Source: an uncultured Prevotella sp.
GTDB lineage: Bacteria > Bacteroidota > Bacteroidia > Bacteroidales > Bacteroidaceae
Length of the DNA stretch: 64,000 nt
Assembly (NCBI GenBank): GCA_900317685.1
Contig: ONHQ01000007.1
Coordinates: 7,737 to 71,736 of the forward strand
Direction of reading: 5' to 3'
In this document: positions 1-9,714 of the stretch, in pieces
How positions within the stretch are numbered: position 1 is the first letter of the stretch
How the letters are laid out: every line of letters starts with the position of its first letter
Notes under the pieces: generated by a model
What the model was told of the DNA's origin: nothing
Database searches by the model: none
Seen by the model: the letters and a program-made list of their open reading frames with translations, nothing else
Program-made: the position numbers and the translations under genes

Positions 1-899
1 TATTGCCGCTTGTTCCATGATGGATAGTCGGCTTTCTTCGGTGCGTCCATCATCATATATTGTCTGAGGAATTCACGGAAATAGACTGCAGTGCCATCTT
101 TATGGTCAGCGCGATGGAATCGGAGCACGATGGGCTGGGCCGCATTCTCTTCATACTCTGCTTTGGACAGATAGCCGGCCTTGAGCATCTGTCCCAGCAC
201 CACATTGCGTCTCTGCTTACAGCGCTCGGGATAGCGGACAGGATTGAAGAGCGAGGGATTCTTGCACAAACCGATGAGCAGTGCTGCCTCGTCGAGGGTC
301 AGGTCCTTGGGCTCCTTATTAAAATAGGTGTTGGACGCTGTCTTGATGCCCACAGCACCGTGGAGGAAATCGAAATAGTTGAGATAGAGCGAGATGATCT
401 CTTCCTTGGTGAAGTTGCGTTCAAGCTTGATGGCTGTGACCCACTCGATGGGTTTCTGCAACAGTCGCTGAGTAGTGGACTGGGCAGGATCGGAATAGAG
501 CTGCTTGGCAAGCTGCTGCGTGATCGTACTGCCGCCACCGGCACTTGTCTGCCCCATCAGCCCACGCTTGACGATGGCTCGTCCGAGAGCGATGAAGTCT
601 ATGCCCGAATGCTCATAGAATCGCTCATCCTCCGTAGCCACTAAAGCCTTCACCAAATAGGGCGACAGCTTGGAGTAAGGCACGGGTATGCGGTTGGCCT
701 TGTCTGCATTGTAGGTGCCGATGATCTTGCCATCGGCGGAATAGATTTGCGAAGCCGATTTATTGATCGGGTTCTGAAGGTTGTCAATGTCCGGCGAATA
801 GCCGATCACCCCAAACCAAATGAGGAAAAAGAGGAGGAACCCAATGCCAATCAATGACATGAGACATATCCACAACGTTTTTATAAAAGTCCTTCTCAT
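1..899 (-). CDS. mrcA: Class A penicillin-binding protein (PBP1A), N-terminal part; runs off the left window edge
   Basis: Not in the ORF track. Manual translation from ATG at 899 gives MRRTFIKTLWICLMSLIGIGFLLFFLIWFG (membrane anchor), then ATEDERFYEHSGID and GGGSTITQQLAKQL, which are GT51 transglycosylase motifs. Confidence 0.92.
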   Translation of the reverse strand, partial: MRRTFIKTLWICLMSLIGIGFLLFFLIWFGVIGYSPDIDNLQNPINKSASQIYSADGKIIGTYNADKANRIPVPYSKLSPYLVKALVATEDERFYEHSGIDFIALGRAIVKRGLMGQTSAGGGSTITQQLAKQLYSDPAQSTTQRLLQKPIEWVTAIKLERNFTKEEIISLYLNYFDFLHGAVGIKTASNTYFNKEPKDLTLDEAALLIGLCKNPSLFNPVRYPERCKQRRNVVLGQMLKAGYLSKAEYEENAAQPIVLRFHRADHKDGTAVYFREFLRQYMMMDAPKKADYPSWNKRQ

Positions 900-1012
900 C
901 AGAATATTTATTATTTCTTTTGCAAAAATACAATTTTTCTTTCAAACAGCACCACTATATGGAAAATTATCAGTAACTTAGCAGTCGAAAATAACCCATC
1001 AATCAAAATAAT

Positions 1013-1969
1013 ATGGACAAACATAATTTTGTGACGATAGCAGACCTCTCCAAAGAGAAGATTATGTATCTGCTCGCCATGGCCAAGGAATTCGAGAAAC
1101 ACCCCAACCGTGAGCTGTTGAAAGGCAAAGTCGTCGCAACATTGTTTTTTGAGCCATCCACGCGCACTCAGCTCAGCTTCCAGACGGCCGCGAACCGATT
1201 AGGCGCACGTGTCATTGGCTTTTCCGATGCCAAGACTTCCAGTACCACAAAGGGCGAAACCCTCAAAGACACCATTCTGATGGTGAGCAACTATGCCGAC
1301 ATCATCGCCATGCGCCACTACATCGAAGGCGCTGCACAGTATGCCAGCGAGGTGGCTCCCATCCCCATTATCAATGCCGGAGACGGCGCACACATGCATC
1401 CCTCGCAGTGTCTGCTCGACCTCTACTCTATCTACAAGACACAAGGTACACTCGAGAATCTCAACATCTATCTTGTGGGTGACCTGAAATACGGCCGCAC
1501 CGTGCACTCGCTCATCATGGCCATGCGCCATTTCCACCCTGTGTTTCACTTCATAGCGCCAAAGGAGCTGGCTATGCCACAAGAGTATAAACTCTACTGC
1601 AAGGAGCACAACATCGAGTTTCATGAGCACACGGCCTTCAACGAGGAGGAGATTGCCGACGCTGACATCCTCTATATGACCCGCGTGCAGAAAGAGCGCT
1701 TCTCTGACTTAATGGAGTATGAGCGCGTGAAAAACGTCTATATTCTGCGCAACAGTATGCTCTCGAAAGCAAAGCCCAACATGAAGATCATGCACCCGCT
1801 GCCGCGCGTCAACGAGATTGCTTACGATGTCGACAGCAACCCCCACGCTTACTACATCCAGCAAGCTCAAAACGGACTCTATGCCCGCGAGGCTATCTTC
1901 TGCTATTGCCTGGGCATCACCCTCGACGATGTAAAGAACGACAAGACCATCATTGAGTCAAAGTTTTAA
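1013..1969 (+). CDS. pyrB: Aspartate carbamoyltransferase catalytic subunit
   Basis: [23 protein letters not shown] and MHPLPR motifs. Confidence 0.98.
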   Translation: MDKHNFVTIADLSKEKIMYLLAMAKEFEKHPNRELLKGKVVATLFFEPSTRTQLSFQTAANRLGARVIGFSDAKTSSTTKGETLKDTILMVSNYADIIAMRHYIEGAAQYASEVAPIPIINAGDGAHMHPSQCLLDLYSIYKTQGTLENLNIYLVGDLKYGRTVHSLIMAMRHFHPVFHFIAPKELAMPQEYKLYCKEHNIEFHEHTAFNEEEIADADILYMTRVQKERFSDLMEYERVKNVYILRNSMLSKAKPNMKIMHPLPRVNEIAYDVDSNPHAYYIQQAQNGLYAREAIFCYCLGITLDDVKNDKTIIESKF

Positions 1970-2026
1970 TCAGAGCATCTCACTGCATTCATTATCAGAG
2001 TATTATCAGATCATCATTGCATTATC

Positions 2027-2482
2027 ATGGGAAAGAAAGAATTGCAAGTGGCCGCCATTGAGAACGGCACTGTCATCGATCACATACCTTCAGAGAAAAC
2101 CTATGAGGTGGCACGTCTGCTGCATCTCACCGACATCGACGTGCCGACGCTCATCGGTTACAATCTGCCGTCGAAACGGCTCGGACGAAAAGGCATCATC
2201 AAGATCACCAACAAATATTTCACCGACGAGGAAATCAGCCGTCTGTCGGTCATCGCACCCAATGTGGTCCTGAATATCATTAAGGACTACGAAGTGGTGG
2301 AAAAGAAAATGGTGGTCACGCCCAATGAGCTCCATGGAATCATCAAATGCAACAATCCCAAGTGCATCACCAATAACGAGCCCATGGACACTTTCTTCAC
2401 TGTCATCGACAAGGAGAAGGGTATTGTGAAATGCCACTATTGCGATAAAGAGCAAGACATCAACAACGTAGAACTTGTATAA
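2027..2482 (+). CDS. pyrI: Aspartate carbamoyltransferase regulatory subunit
   Basis: [14 protein letters not shown]-terminus; Zn ligands CNNPKC and CHYC; directly follows pyrB. Confidence 0.97.
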   Translation: MGKKELQVAAIENGTVIDHIPSEKTYEVARLLHLTDIDVPTLIGYNLPSKRLGRKGIIKITNKYFTDEEISRLSVIAPNVVLNIIKDYEVVEKKMVVTPNELHGIIKCNNPKCITNNEPMDTFFTVIDKEKGIVKCHYCDKEQDINNVELV

Positions 2483-2497
2483 GTAGAACTTGTATAA
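2468..2497 (+). repeat. Perfect 15-bp tandem duplication GTAGAACTTGTATAA x2 spanning the pyrI stop codon
   Basis: Read directly: 2468-2482 and 2483-2497 are identical. Confidence 0.9.
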
Positions 2498-2520
2498 ATC
2501 ATATTATTAACATTCACACT

Positions 2521-3801
2521 ATGGAAAGAGATCAAGAGATTTTCGACCTCATCGAGCAGGAGCACCAGCGTCAGCTCAGAGGCATGGAACTGATTGCATC
2601 AGAAAACTTCGTCAGCGACGAGGTGATGCAGGCTATGGGCAGTTATCTGACCAACAAATATGCTGAGGGTCTGCCAGGCAAACGTTACTATGGCGGATGC
2701 CAAGTGGTGGATCAGGTAGAAACCCTCGCCATCGAGCGCGTCAAGAAACTCTTCGGCGCTGAGTTTGCCAATGTACAGCCTCACTCCGGTGCACAGGCCA
2801 ACCAAGCCGTGCTGCTCGCTGTGTTGAAGCCCGGCGACACCTTCATGGGTCTTGACCTCGACCAGGGTGGTCACCTCTCTCATGGCAGCAGTGTCAACAC
2901 CTCCGGTATCCTCTACAACCACATCGGCTACACGCTCAACCGCGAGACCGGGCGCGTGGACTACGACAATATGGAGAAACTCGCACTGGAATACAAGCCG
3001 AAGCTAATCATCGGTGGTGGCTCGGCCTATAGCCGTGAGTGGGACTATGAACGTATGCGCAAGATCGCCGACGAGGTGGGTGCACTGCTGATGATCGACA
3101 TGGCTCATCCGGCCGGACTCATCGCGGCCGGACTGCTCAACAACCCGGTGAAATACGCCCATATCGTCACCACGACGACGCATAAGACGCTGCGTGGTCC
3201 CCGTGGTGGCGTGATTCTCATGGGCAAAGACTTCGACAATCCCTTTGGCAAACATAATAAGAAGGGCGAGTTGAAGAAGATGAGCCAGCTGCTCAACTCG
3301 GCTGTTTTCCCAGGCAACCAGGGTGGTCCGCTGGAGCACGTCATCGCTGCCAAGGCTGTCGGCTTCGGTGAGAACCTGCGTCCGTCATGGAAAGAGTATG
3401 CTACTCAGGTGAAGAAAAACGCTGCCGTGCTGGCGCAGGACCTCATCGACCATGGCTTCAGCATCGTCAGCGGCGGCACTGACAACCACTCGATGCTCCT
3501 CGACCTGCGTCAGAAATATCCCGATCTCACGGGTAAAGTCGCAGAGAACGCACTCGTAGCTGCTGACATCACCGTCAACAAAAACGAGGTGCCCTACGAT
3601 GAGCGCAGTGCCTTCCAGACATCAGGCATCCGCTTGGGTACCGCTGCCATGACCACACGTGGCGCCAAGGAAGATATGATGCACCTCATCGCCGACCTCA
3701 TCGACGAAGTGCTCAAAGACCCCGAGAACGAACAGGTCATCAAGCGCGTGCGTGAGAAAGTTAATGACACGATGAAGCAGTATCCGCTCTTCGCTTATTA
3801 A
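2521..3801 (+). CDS. glyA: Serine hydroxymethyltransferase
   Basis: [27 protein letters not shown] and [13 protein letters not shown] (PLP lysine). Confidence 0.98.
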   Translation: MERDQEIFDLIEQEHQRQLRGMELIASENFVSDEVMQAMGSYLTNKYAEGLPGKRYYGGCQVVDQVETLAIERVKKLFGAEFANVQPHSGAQANQAVLLAVLKPGDTFMGLDLDQGGHLSHGSSVNTSGILYNHIGYTLNRETGRVDYDNMEKLALEYKPKLIIGGGSAYSREWDYERMRKIADEVGALLMIDMAHPAGLIAAGLLNNPVKYAHIVTTTTHKTLRGPRGGVILMGKDFDNPFGKHNKKGELKKMSQLLNSAVFPGNQGGPLEHVIAAKAVGFGENLRPSWKEYATQVKKNAAVLAQDLIDHGFSIVSGGTDNHSMLLDLRQKYPDLTGKVAENALVAADITVNKNEVPYDERSAFQTSGIRLGTAAMTTRGAKEDMMHLIADLIDEVLKDPENEQVIKRVREKVNDTMKQYPLFAY

Positions 3802-3830
3802 TCAAAAACGAAAATTTTTCATCTATACTT

Positions 3831-3865
3831 ATCCAGGGACGATATATCGTCCCTGGATCTTTTAT
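3831..3865 (+). terminator. Intrinsic terminator after glyA
   Basis: Perfect 28-bp palindrome ATCCAGGGACGATATATCGTCCCTGGAT followed by CTTTTAT. Confidence 0.8.
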
Positions 3866-3871
3866 CAACAA

Positions 3872-4444
3872 ATGCTATTAAAGAGTCATCGACTGTTATC
3901 TCTTACGGCAAGCCTGCTCTTTGCCCTGCTGTCTATAGCTCAGACACCCGTCGCCAACCGGGTGAAGGCTGTCGTCGCCCATCTGCCGCGACATGCCAGC
4001 GTAGTGGCGAAATACACTGACGTATATCGCCATTGCCTCTACTTCACCATGGCCAACCGCCTCTATCAATACGATGTCCTCACCGACCGCCAACACGACG
4101 TGCCGTTTACCGGAAACAGCTATGCCCGAATCATCACCACATGGCTCAGCCCCGATGGTAATTTCTTTTTCATTGCCGTGGACCGTGGCAACTTAGCCAG
4201 CTTCTATTTAGACGACGGACAGGAGGTTTGGCGCTATGACTCCCGCAAGCATAAGTCGAAGAAGATAGGGCAAGGTTTCTGCATAGAGGTACAAAAAGGG
4301 TGTATCGTCATTAAGAGGGCTTCACGATGCCTCAACCCCGATGCAACACCCAAGCATCAACAATGGATGGCACAAGACCACTACTACGATCTCTACGGCA
4401 ACATCATTTGGGCGAAAGACGAGTATAAGATTCCCATGAAATAA
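3872..4444 (+). CDS. Hypothetical exported protein, beta-rich
   Basis: 190-aa ORF with a signal-peptide-like N-terminus and a LSPDG motif typical of propeller blades. Confidence 0.7.
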   Translation: MLLKSHRLLSLTASLLFALLSIAQTPVANRVKAVVAHLPRHASVVAKYTDVYRHCLYFTMANRLYQYDVLTDRQHDVPFTGNSYARIITTWLSPDGNFFFIAVDRGNLASFYLDDGQEVWRYDSRKHKSKKIGQGFCIEVQKGCIVIKRASRCLNPDATPKHQQWMAQDHYYDLYGNIIWAKDEYKIPMK

Positions 4445-4497
4445 GTCCGACAAACCTAATAACTCCACCAACCTTACCAACCAACAAACCGAAAACT

Positions 4498-5418
4498 ATG
4501 GAAGTCAGAGACATTTTTGAGCTAAGAAGAGAGGGGCGCACCGAAGAGGCTTACCGCGCTATTCTGCAAATCTATGCCATCCACCAAGGACCGCACACCA
4601 ACCTCTGCATGTTTTGGTGCACCAACGACTTGTTTAAGCTGCGCGTCAAAGAAAAACGGATAGAAGACGCTCGCAAACTGCTCTATCAGCTCACACAACT
4701 CTATTCACATATCGACGACCGTCTGTTCATGGGCAACCGTGCTATTGTCAACGCGGCACTGACACTCGACAAAAATATCGACAACTTCAACCTCGTCTAC
4801 TTCATGCCTTACTTCAACCGTATGACCGAATCGGACTGGCAGCCTTATGTGGCGCAAGGCCATCCCGTGCCATCGCTCGGTCAGCAGGTTGTGAACCACC
4901 TATTGAAGAATCTGTCACAGCGCGACGCCAAATATATCGACACCATCGCCGGACTCTTCCGCACAGCCTTGCAGAAGTCCCCCAATTACAAAGGCAATCT
5001 CCGACACCTTGCACAGATGCATGCACTGTTTGGCAAGAAAGAAGATGCTGTGGCTACTTACAAGAAGTTGCTTCACCGCTATCAGGACAGCTACCTCTAT
5101 GCAGAACTGGCCAAAATCATCCATAACCCGAGCGAGAAAATAGCACTATACTGTATGGCTATCTCTAAACAACGAAAGGAAGAGTATCGTGCGAAATATC
5201 ATTTAGAACTCGCCGTGCTCATGCAGAACACATTACCCGCGCGAGCTGTCTATGAGTTGCAACGCTATTTCGACATCCGAAAACGCCATCAGCAACACAT
5301 CTCGGCATTTGCCAACCGTCTGATGGATCAATTGAAAACGACAAAGCCCGTCAGCGATGAAGACGAACGACTGCTCTACTACCGTGCCCAAGCGGCCGTC
5401 AATAAGCTCATCAATTAA
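4498..5418 (+). CDS. Hypothetical alpha-helical (TPR-like) protein
   Basis: 306-aa ORF with helical repeat-like segments such as LAQMHALFGKKEDAVATYKKLL; A/C-rich leader. Confidence 0.75.
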   Translation: MEVRDIFELRREGRTEEAYRAILQIYAIHQGPHTNLCMFWCTNDLFKLRVKEKRIEDARKLLYQLTQLYSHIDDRLFMGNRAIVNAALTLDKNIDNFNLVYFMPYFNRMTESDWQPYVAQGHPVPSLGQQVVNHLLKNLSQRDAKYIDTIAGLFRTALQKSPNYKGNLRHLAQMHALFGKKEDAVATYKKLLHRYQDSYLYAELAKIIHNPSEKIALYCMAISKQRKEEYRAKYHLELAVLMQNTLPARAVYELQRYFDIRKRHQQHISAFANRLMDQLKTTKPVSDEDERLLYYRAQAAVNKLIN

Positions 5419-5428
5419 GGCAACGGTC

Positions 5429-6232
5429 TCACTCCAAGGTGACCACCTCCAAGTCGTCAGGTACAAAAACTGGACCTGTATAGACACTCTTTGCCTCACG
5501 CGTGTAGAGTTCCTTGCGTGTATTGAGCGTTTCTTCCTCGGTGTGATAGAGGATGAGATGACGAGCAGCAAGAGCCTGTGCGTTGCGTGCAGCGTCAAGT
5601 GCCGTACTGTGGTGCTTCTCATAGGGCTTGAAGCGCTCACGGTCGGCATAGAGACAGAAGGCCTCGCTCATCAGCCAGTCAGCGTCTAAGGCGTAGGAGC
5701 GGCAAGCCTCATTATAGGGCTCGTCGCCCAGGCAGACGAGCTTCTGTCCATCGGGAAGGAGGGCAGTGAAGCCAAACTGCTTTTCTTTGGTGGAGTGGAT
5801 GTCGAAACATTGCAACTGCATATCGCCCACCTGAAAACGATCGCCGTCCAAAAGCTCGTGGAAGATGATACGGTCGGGCATCTTATCGGTCTGTTTCTTG
5901 GGCAGCAACGACTGACAGAAGAGATTGAGCAAACCGATAACGCATTGGTGACTATAGATATGGAGTTGCTTCGGCCGGTCGCGCTGCAATGTCATTCGTA
6001 TGAGCCAAATAGCACCGAGGATATGGTCGGTATGGGCATGGGTAATGAAGAGGTGGCTGATGTCACCACGATCGATGCCAGCCAGTCGTAGCTGAGTAAG
6101 TATGCCATTGCCGCCACCGGTGTCTACCATCAGCCGCGTGCCGTCGAGGCTCTCCAGCACAAAACATGTATTGAAGCACCGGGAGACGAGCGCGCTGCCC
6201 GTCCCCAGCATAGTAACGATAGGCTTTTTCAT
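5429..6232 (-). CDS. Metallo-beta-lactamase-fold hydrolase, RNase Z/BN-like
   Basis: LGTG start, VDTGGG, THAHTDH (HxHxDH), KHHST and LYH motifs. Confidence 0.85.
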   Translation of the reverse strand: MKKPIVTMLGTGSALVSRCFNTCFVLESLDGTRLMVDTGGGNGILTQLRLAGIDRGDISHLFITHAHTDHILGAIWLIRMTLQRDRPKQLHIYSHQCVIGLLNLFCQSLLPKKQTDKMPDRIIFHELLDGDRFQVGDMQLQCFDIHSTKEKQFGFTALLPDGQKLVCLGDEPYNEACRSYALDADWLMSEAFCLYADRERFKPYEKHHSTALDAARNAQALAARHLILYHTEEETLNTRKELYTREAKSVYTGPVFVPDDLEVVTLE

Positions 6233-6245
6233 CGCTTTTCACTCG

Positions 6246-7010
6246 TTATTTTTCACGATGTATCACGGTTCCGTTGGCCTGGTGAGTGGCCAGAACGAGC
6301 ACTTCAGCGATTTGCACGTGTTCGGGTGCGCTGGCAGCATAGAAGGCCACGTCAGCAATGTCGTCGCCCGTGAGCGGCTTGATGCCCCGATAGACGTTGT
6401 CTGCGCGCTCGGTGTCGCCATGGAAGCGCACATTGGAAAAGTTCGTCTCCACAAGTCCCGGTTTGATATTGGTCACGCGCAGCCGGGTGTCAGCCACATC
6501 GATGCGCAGTCCATCGGTAATCGCTTTCACGGCCGATTTAGTAGCACAGTAGACATTGCCTCCGGCATAAGCAGCATCACCCGCCACACTACCAATATTA
6601 ATAATGTGTCCACTGTTACGTCTGACCATATCGGGTACGATGAGACGTGTCATGGTCAACAATCCCTTGATGTTGGTGTCGATCATCTGATCCCAGTCTT
6701 CGAAGTTGCCTTGGTATTCCGGCTCCAGTCCGCGTGCCAGTCCGGCGTTGTTGATCAGCACGTCGATGTCTTTCCAGTCATCGGGAATGCTCTCCACAGC
6801 CTTGCGGGCCGCCTCACGGTCACGCACATCAAAGGCTAAGGCCAACACCTCGGCACCATCGGCCTCAAGACTTGTTTTCAAGTTTTCCAACTTCCCGCGG
6901 TTTCTGCCCGTGACGATGACGCGGTATCCCCCCTGGGCAAAGCGCTTGGCACAGCCCTCACCAATGCCACTGGTGGCTCCGGTGACCAGTACAATTTTTT
7001 TATTGCTCAT
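6246..7010 (-). CDS. Short-chain dehydrogenase/reductase, YdfG-like
   Basis: TGATSGIG, NNAG and YCATK catalytic motifs. Confidence 0.93.
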   Translation of the reverse strand: MSNKKIVLVTGATSGIGEGCAKRFAQGGYRVIVTGRNRGKLENLKTSLEADGAEVLALAFDVRDREAARKAVESIPDDWKDIDVLINNAGLARGLEPEYQGNFEDWDQMIDTNIKGLLTMTRLIVPDMVRRNSGHIINIGSVAGDAAYAGGNVYCATKSAVKAITDGLRIDVADTRLRVTNIKPGLVETNFSNVRFHGDTERADNVYRGIKPLTGDDIADVAFYAASAPEHVQIAEVLVLATHQANGTVIHREK

Positions 7011-7037
7011 AGTCCGTAATTAATAGTTCTATTGATT

Positions 7038-7397
7038 TCACCCTATGAAACTCACCAACATAGCCACGATAGCTAACCCACCCTGCTTGAAGAGAATCTT
7101 CGGGTCACTGCTCCATGCCCCGAAAAGGGCTACAAGAATGACATAGCCCAAAAGCAGACGACTCCAAAGCAGATTCTGGCTGATGGCGGCATAGCCCAGC
7201 AAAATGGCCAGCAATCCATTGTAAGCACCTTGATTCTTCAGCAGCGTAGATATATGATGATTGCTCAATTCATCCACGTCGATGCTGAACGTCTTAGAAG
7301 TATGGCGCGATGTGGTCGCAAAGGTCTCTAAAAACATGATGTAGAGATGCTCTACAGCAACCAGTAGGATAAAAATGACAGTAAGTAAGTTCATCAT
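7038..7397 (-). CDS. DUF1304-family membrane protein
   Basis: EHLYIMFLE and NQGAYNGLL motifs; four hydrophobic segments. Confidence 0.8.
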   Translation of the reverse strand: MMNLLTVIFILLVAVEHLYIMFLETFATTSRHTSKTFSIDVDELSNHHISTLLKNQGAYNGLLAILLGYAAISQNLLWSRLLLGYVILVALFGAWSSDPKILFKQGGLAIVAMLVSFIG

Positions 7398-7541
7398 AGA
7401 GGTATCTTTTTACATGCAAAGATAACGTAAACAAATGAAACCACAAAGAAAAACGTTTTCTTTATGGCCATAATCTCAAATTGATTTTATATCTTTGCAA
7501 CTGTCAATTGTTCTATGATTCTACAGTAAGCAAGATAAGGT

Positions 7542-7967
7542 ATGAAAAAAAGGGTATTTCTTTCGCTCTTCATGCTTCTCTCTTTGAGCATGAGCGCTCA
7601 GAGTTCCAAGACCACGGAGACGAGGCGCGATGCCTATGGACACATCACCGGCACCGCTGAGACAACCACGGACAGCCGAGGCAACCAACAGACGGTTTAC
7701 AAAGATAAATACGGACATGTCACCGGGCGTAGCTTCACACGGACCGACGGTAGCGGACATTCCACCACAACCTATCGCGATGCCTATGGACACACTACCG
7801 GGTCGAGCTCCACACGTACCAACGGGCAACGCACAGAGACCACTTACAAGGACGGATATGGGCATGTCACGGGATCGAGTACCACACGCACCAGTGGCAG
7901 GACGACCACAACAACTTATAAAGACCGCTACGGACACATCACGGGCACCAGCACGAGGAGAAAATGA
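7542..7967 (+). CDS. Secreted Thr-rich repeat protein with five YxDxYGHxTG repeats
   Basis: Signal peptide (MKKRVFLSLFMLLSLSMSA) followed by five repeats of about 24 aa; TATCTTTG -7 box at 7490-7497. Confidence 0.8.
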   Translation: MKKRVFLSLFMLLSLSMSAQSSKTTETRRDAYGHITGTAETTTDSRGNQQTVYKDKYGHVTGRSFTRTDGSGHSTTTYRDAYGHTTGSSSTRTNGQRTETTYKDGYGHVTGSSTTRTSGRTTTTTYKDRYGHITGTSTRRK

Positions 7968-8692
7968 AAAGAAAAATTATCTTTGCTCTCTTTGCGCTGA
8001 TGATTCTGACGAGTACCTCTGCTCAAGGACAATCGCTCCGACAAGATCTGCGCCAGCTACAGTCATGGCAAGCCGGATGCGTGGTCAGTACAGAGGCTGT
8101 TAGCCACTATGGTCTTTCGCGCTGCTTTCTGGCAGAGCCGATTTCCGATGCGGTCTTTGCCCGCATGCGTGGCCGCTCCTACCCTACCGGCTGCACAATT
8201 GCGCGATCATCACTCCGCTATGTCCGAACGCTCTATGTAGGTTTCGACGGATACACTCATATCGGCGAATTGGTGTGTAACAAGTTGATTGCCACTGACC
8301 TCGTCGCCATCATCCGCGAACTCTATCAGCAGCGATACCCTATCGGACAGATGCGGCTCATCGATGACTATCATGCCAGCGACGAGGAGTCGATGCGTGC
8401 CAACAACACCAGTTGCTTTTGCTACCGTGTGGTGAAAGGTTCTGCCAAGCTCTCAAAACATGCAGAGGGTCTCGCTATCGACATCAACCCACTTTACAAT
8501 CCCTGCGTGCGACGCAGCCATGGCAAGACGACGATACAGCCTGCCACCGCCTCGCGCTACGCCGACCGCTCAGCCACGTTCGCACATAAGATCACACGCA
8601 GTGACTTGCTATACCGGCTGTTCACTTCTCATGGTTTCCGTTGGGGAGGAGCATGGCGCAGCGTGAAGGACTATCAGCACTTCGAGAAATGA
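7964..8692 (+). CDS. M15-family Zn metallopeptidase (peptidoglycan peptidase), exported
   Basis: SKHAEGLAIDINP (SxHxxGxAxD) and WGGAW...DYQHFEK motifs; signal peptide; ATGA overlap with the upstream ORF. Confidence 0.9.
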   Translation: MKRKIIFALFALMILTSTSAQGQSLRQDLRQLQSWQAGCVVSTEAVSHYGLSRCFLAEPISDAVFARMRGRSYPTGCTIARSSLRYVRTLYVGFDGYTHIGELVCNKLIATDLVAIIRELYQQRYPIGQMRLIDDYHASDEESMRANNTSCFCYRVVKGSAKLSKHAEGLAIDINPLYNPCVRRSHGKTTIQPATASRYADRSATFAHKITRSDLLYRLFTSHGFRWGGAWRSVKDYQHFEK

Positions 8693-8725
8693 CATAAAAG
8701 CCGTATGGCTGTCGGTCTAAAAACT

Positions 8726-8769
8726 AAAAAAATCCCTTATGCCAATTGATTTCGCATAAGGGATTTTTT
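8726..8769. terminator. Bidirectional intrinsic terminator between convergent M15 peptidase and DoxX genes
   Basis: A-run, ATCCCTTATGC, loop, GCATAAGGGAT, T-run. Confidence 0.85.
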
Positions 8770-8817
8770 CATATTAGATGCTCTCGTTATCAGAGCAAGC
8801 AGGAATACAATGGCTCC

Positions 8818-9234
8818 TTAGTCTGTCACATGACCTTTGGTCAGTGCATACTTGCCGCCACCTGTGAAGCAGAGCACGGCAGCCCCGAGAAGGTAGAGCA
8901 TCGGCAACTCGATGGCCCAGCCACCGGTCATCGGATCCACGGAAAAGATGACGGACAAATGAGCCATAAGGATGGCAACAGCCATGTTGCCCACCATCAC
9001 CACAGAAGCTACACGCGTCCACGCACCCAACACGATGAGCACAGAGGCCAACAGTTCGGCTGCCAAAGAGAAGTAAGCAATGAAGCCGGGAAGGCCCAGG
9101 CCTGCCAACATGCCCTCAATAGCAGAGACGCCGTAGATAAGTTTGTGAACACCGTGGAAAAGCATCAGGCCACCCACTGTCAGACGCAGCAACAGCAGAC
9201 CCAGGTCGTTGTTGCGAAGAAAATTTTTATCCAT
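8818..9234 (-). CDS. DoxX-family membrane protein
   Basis: GLLLLRLTVGGLMLFHG...KL, ELP and GGGKYAL patterns. Confidence 0.9.
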   Translation of the reverse strand: MDKNFLRNNDLGLLLLRLTVGGLMLFHGVHKLIYGVSAIEGMLAGLGLPGFIAYFSLAAELLASVLIVLGAWTRVASVVMVGNMAVAILMAHLSVIFSVDPMTGGWAIELPMLYLLGAAVLCFTGGGKYALTKGHVTD

Positions 9235-9281
9235 AACTAATGATTTTCAAAAAAGTAATGTGGTAATTAATATATAAGCAT

Positions 9282-9614
9282 TTACATGTTATCGCACTGC
9301 TCGTTCATGTCGCGCTCAACCTTCTCGCCCTTTTTCAGTTCGCGGGCTTTGTAGCCGAACTTTGGGAAGGCGGCCTCAAGCTTCTGCTTGTCGGTCTTGG
9401 CAGGGTTGTAGACGATCGTCACCGTCTGATTCTCCACGCTGGTGAGGATGTCCTTCACACCCTTCTCAAAGCGCAGTCCGTTCTTAATCTTGTTCTCACA
9501 GTTGGCACAATGCATCTGCGGCGTAGTGGTGACGATGAGCGTGTCGTTAGCGCTCTTTGCGTTGGCAGCAGTACTCATGGCTGCCAGCATCATAGCAAAG
9601 AATAACTTCTTCAT
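9282..9614 (-). CDS. Exported heavy-metal-associated (HMA) domain protein
   Basis: Signal peptide plus MHCANC (MxCxxC) motif. Confidence 0.9.
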   Translation of the reverse strand: MKKLFFAMMLAAMSTAANAKSANDTLIVTTTPQMHCANCENKIKNGLRFEKGVKDILTSVENQTVTIVYNPAKTDKQKLEAAFPKFGYKARELKKGEKVERDMNEQCDNM

Positions 9615-9714
9615 ATTGATTTCTGATTTAATGATTAATTTGATTTATTATTACAATTACGAATAGTAGCCAAAACCCCTTGACGGAGCCTTGGCTTAAA
9701 AAATGATGGATCTC

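Noticed and set aside
60-644. 194-aa + strand ORF in the track
   Set aside because: It is the antisense shadow of the PBP1A gene, whose transglycosylase motifs are on the minus strand.
1970-2026. Repeated ATTATCA(G) words between pyrB and pyrI
   Set aside because: Short and low-complexity, with no structure or recognisable site; probably slippage.
4498-5418. TPR-like protein as a possible anti-phage gene
   Set aside because: No nuclease, NTPase or other effector motif is visible and there are no defence-type neighbours, so the idea cannot be supported from sequence alone.
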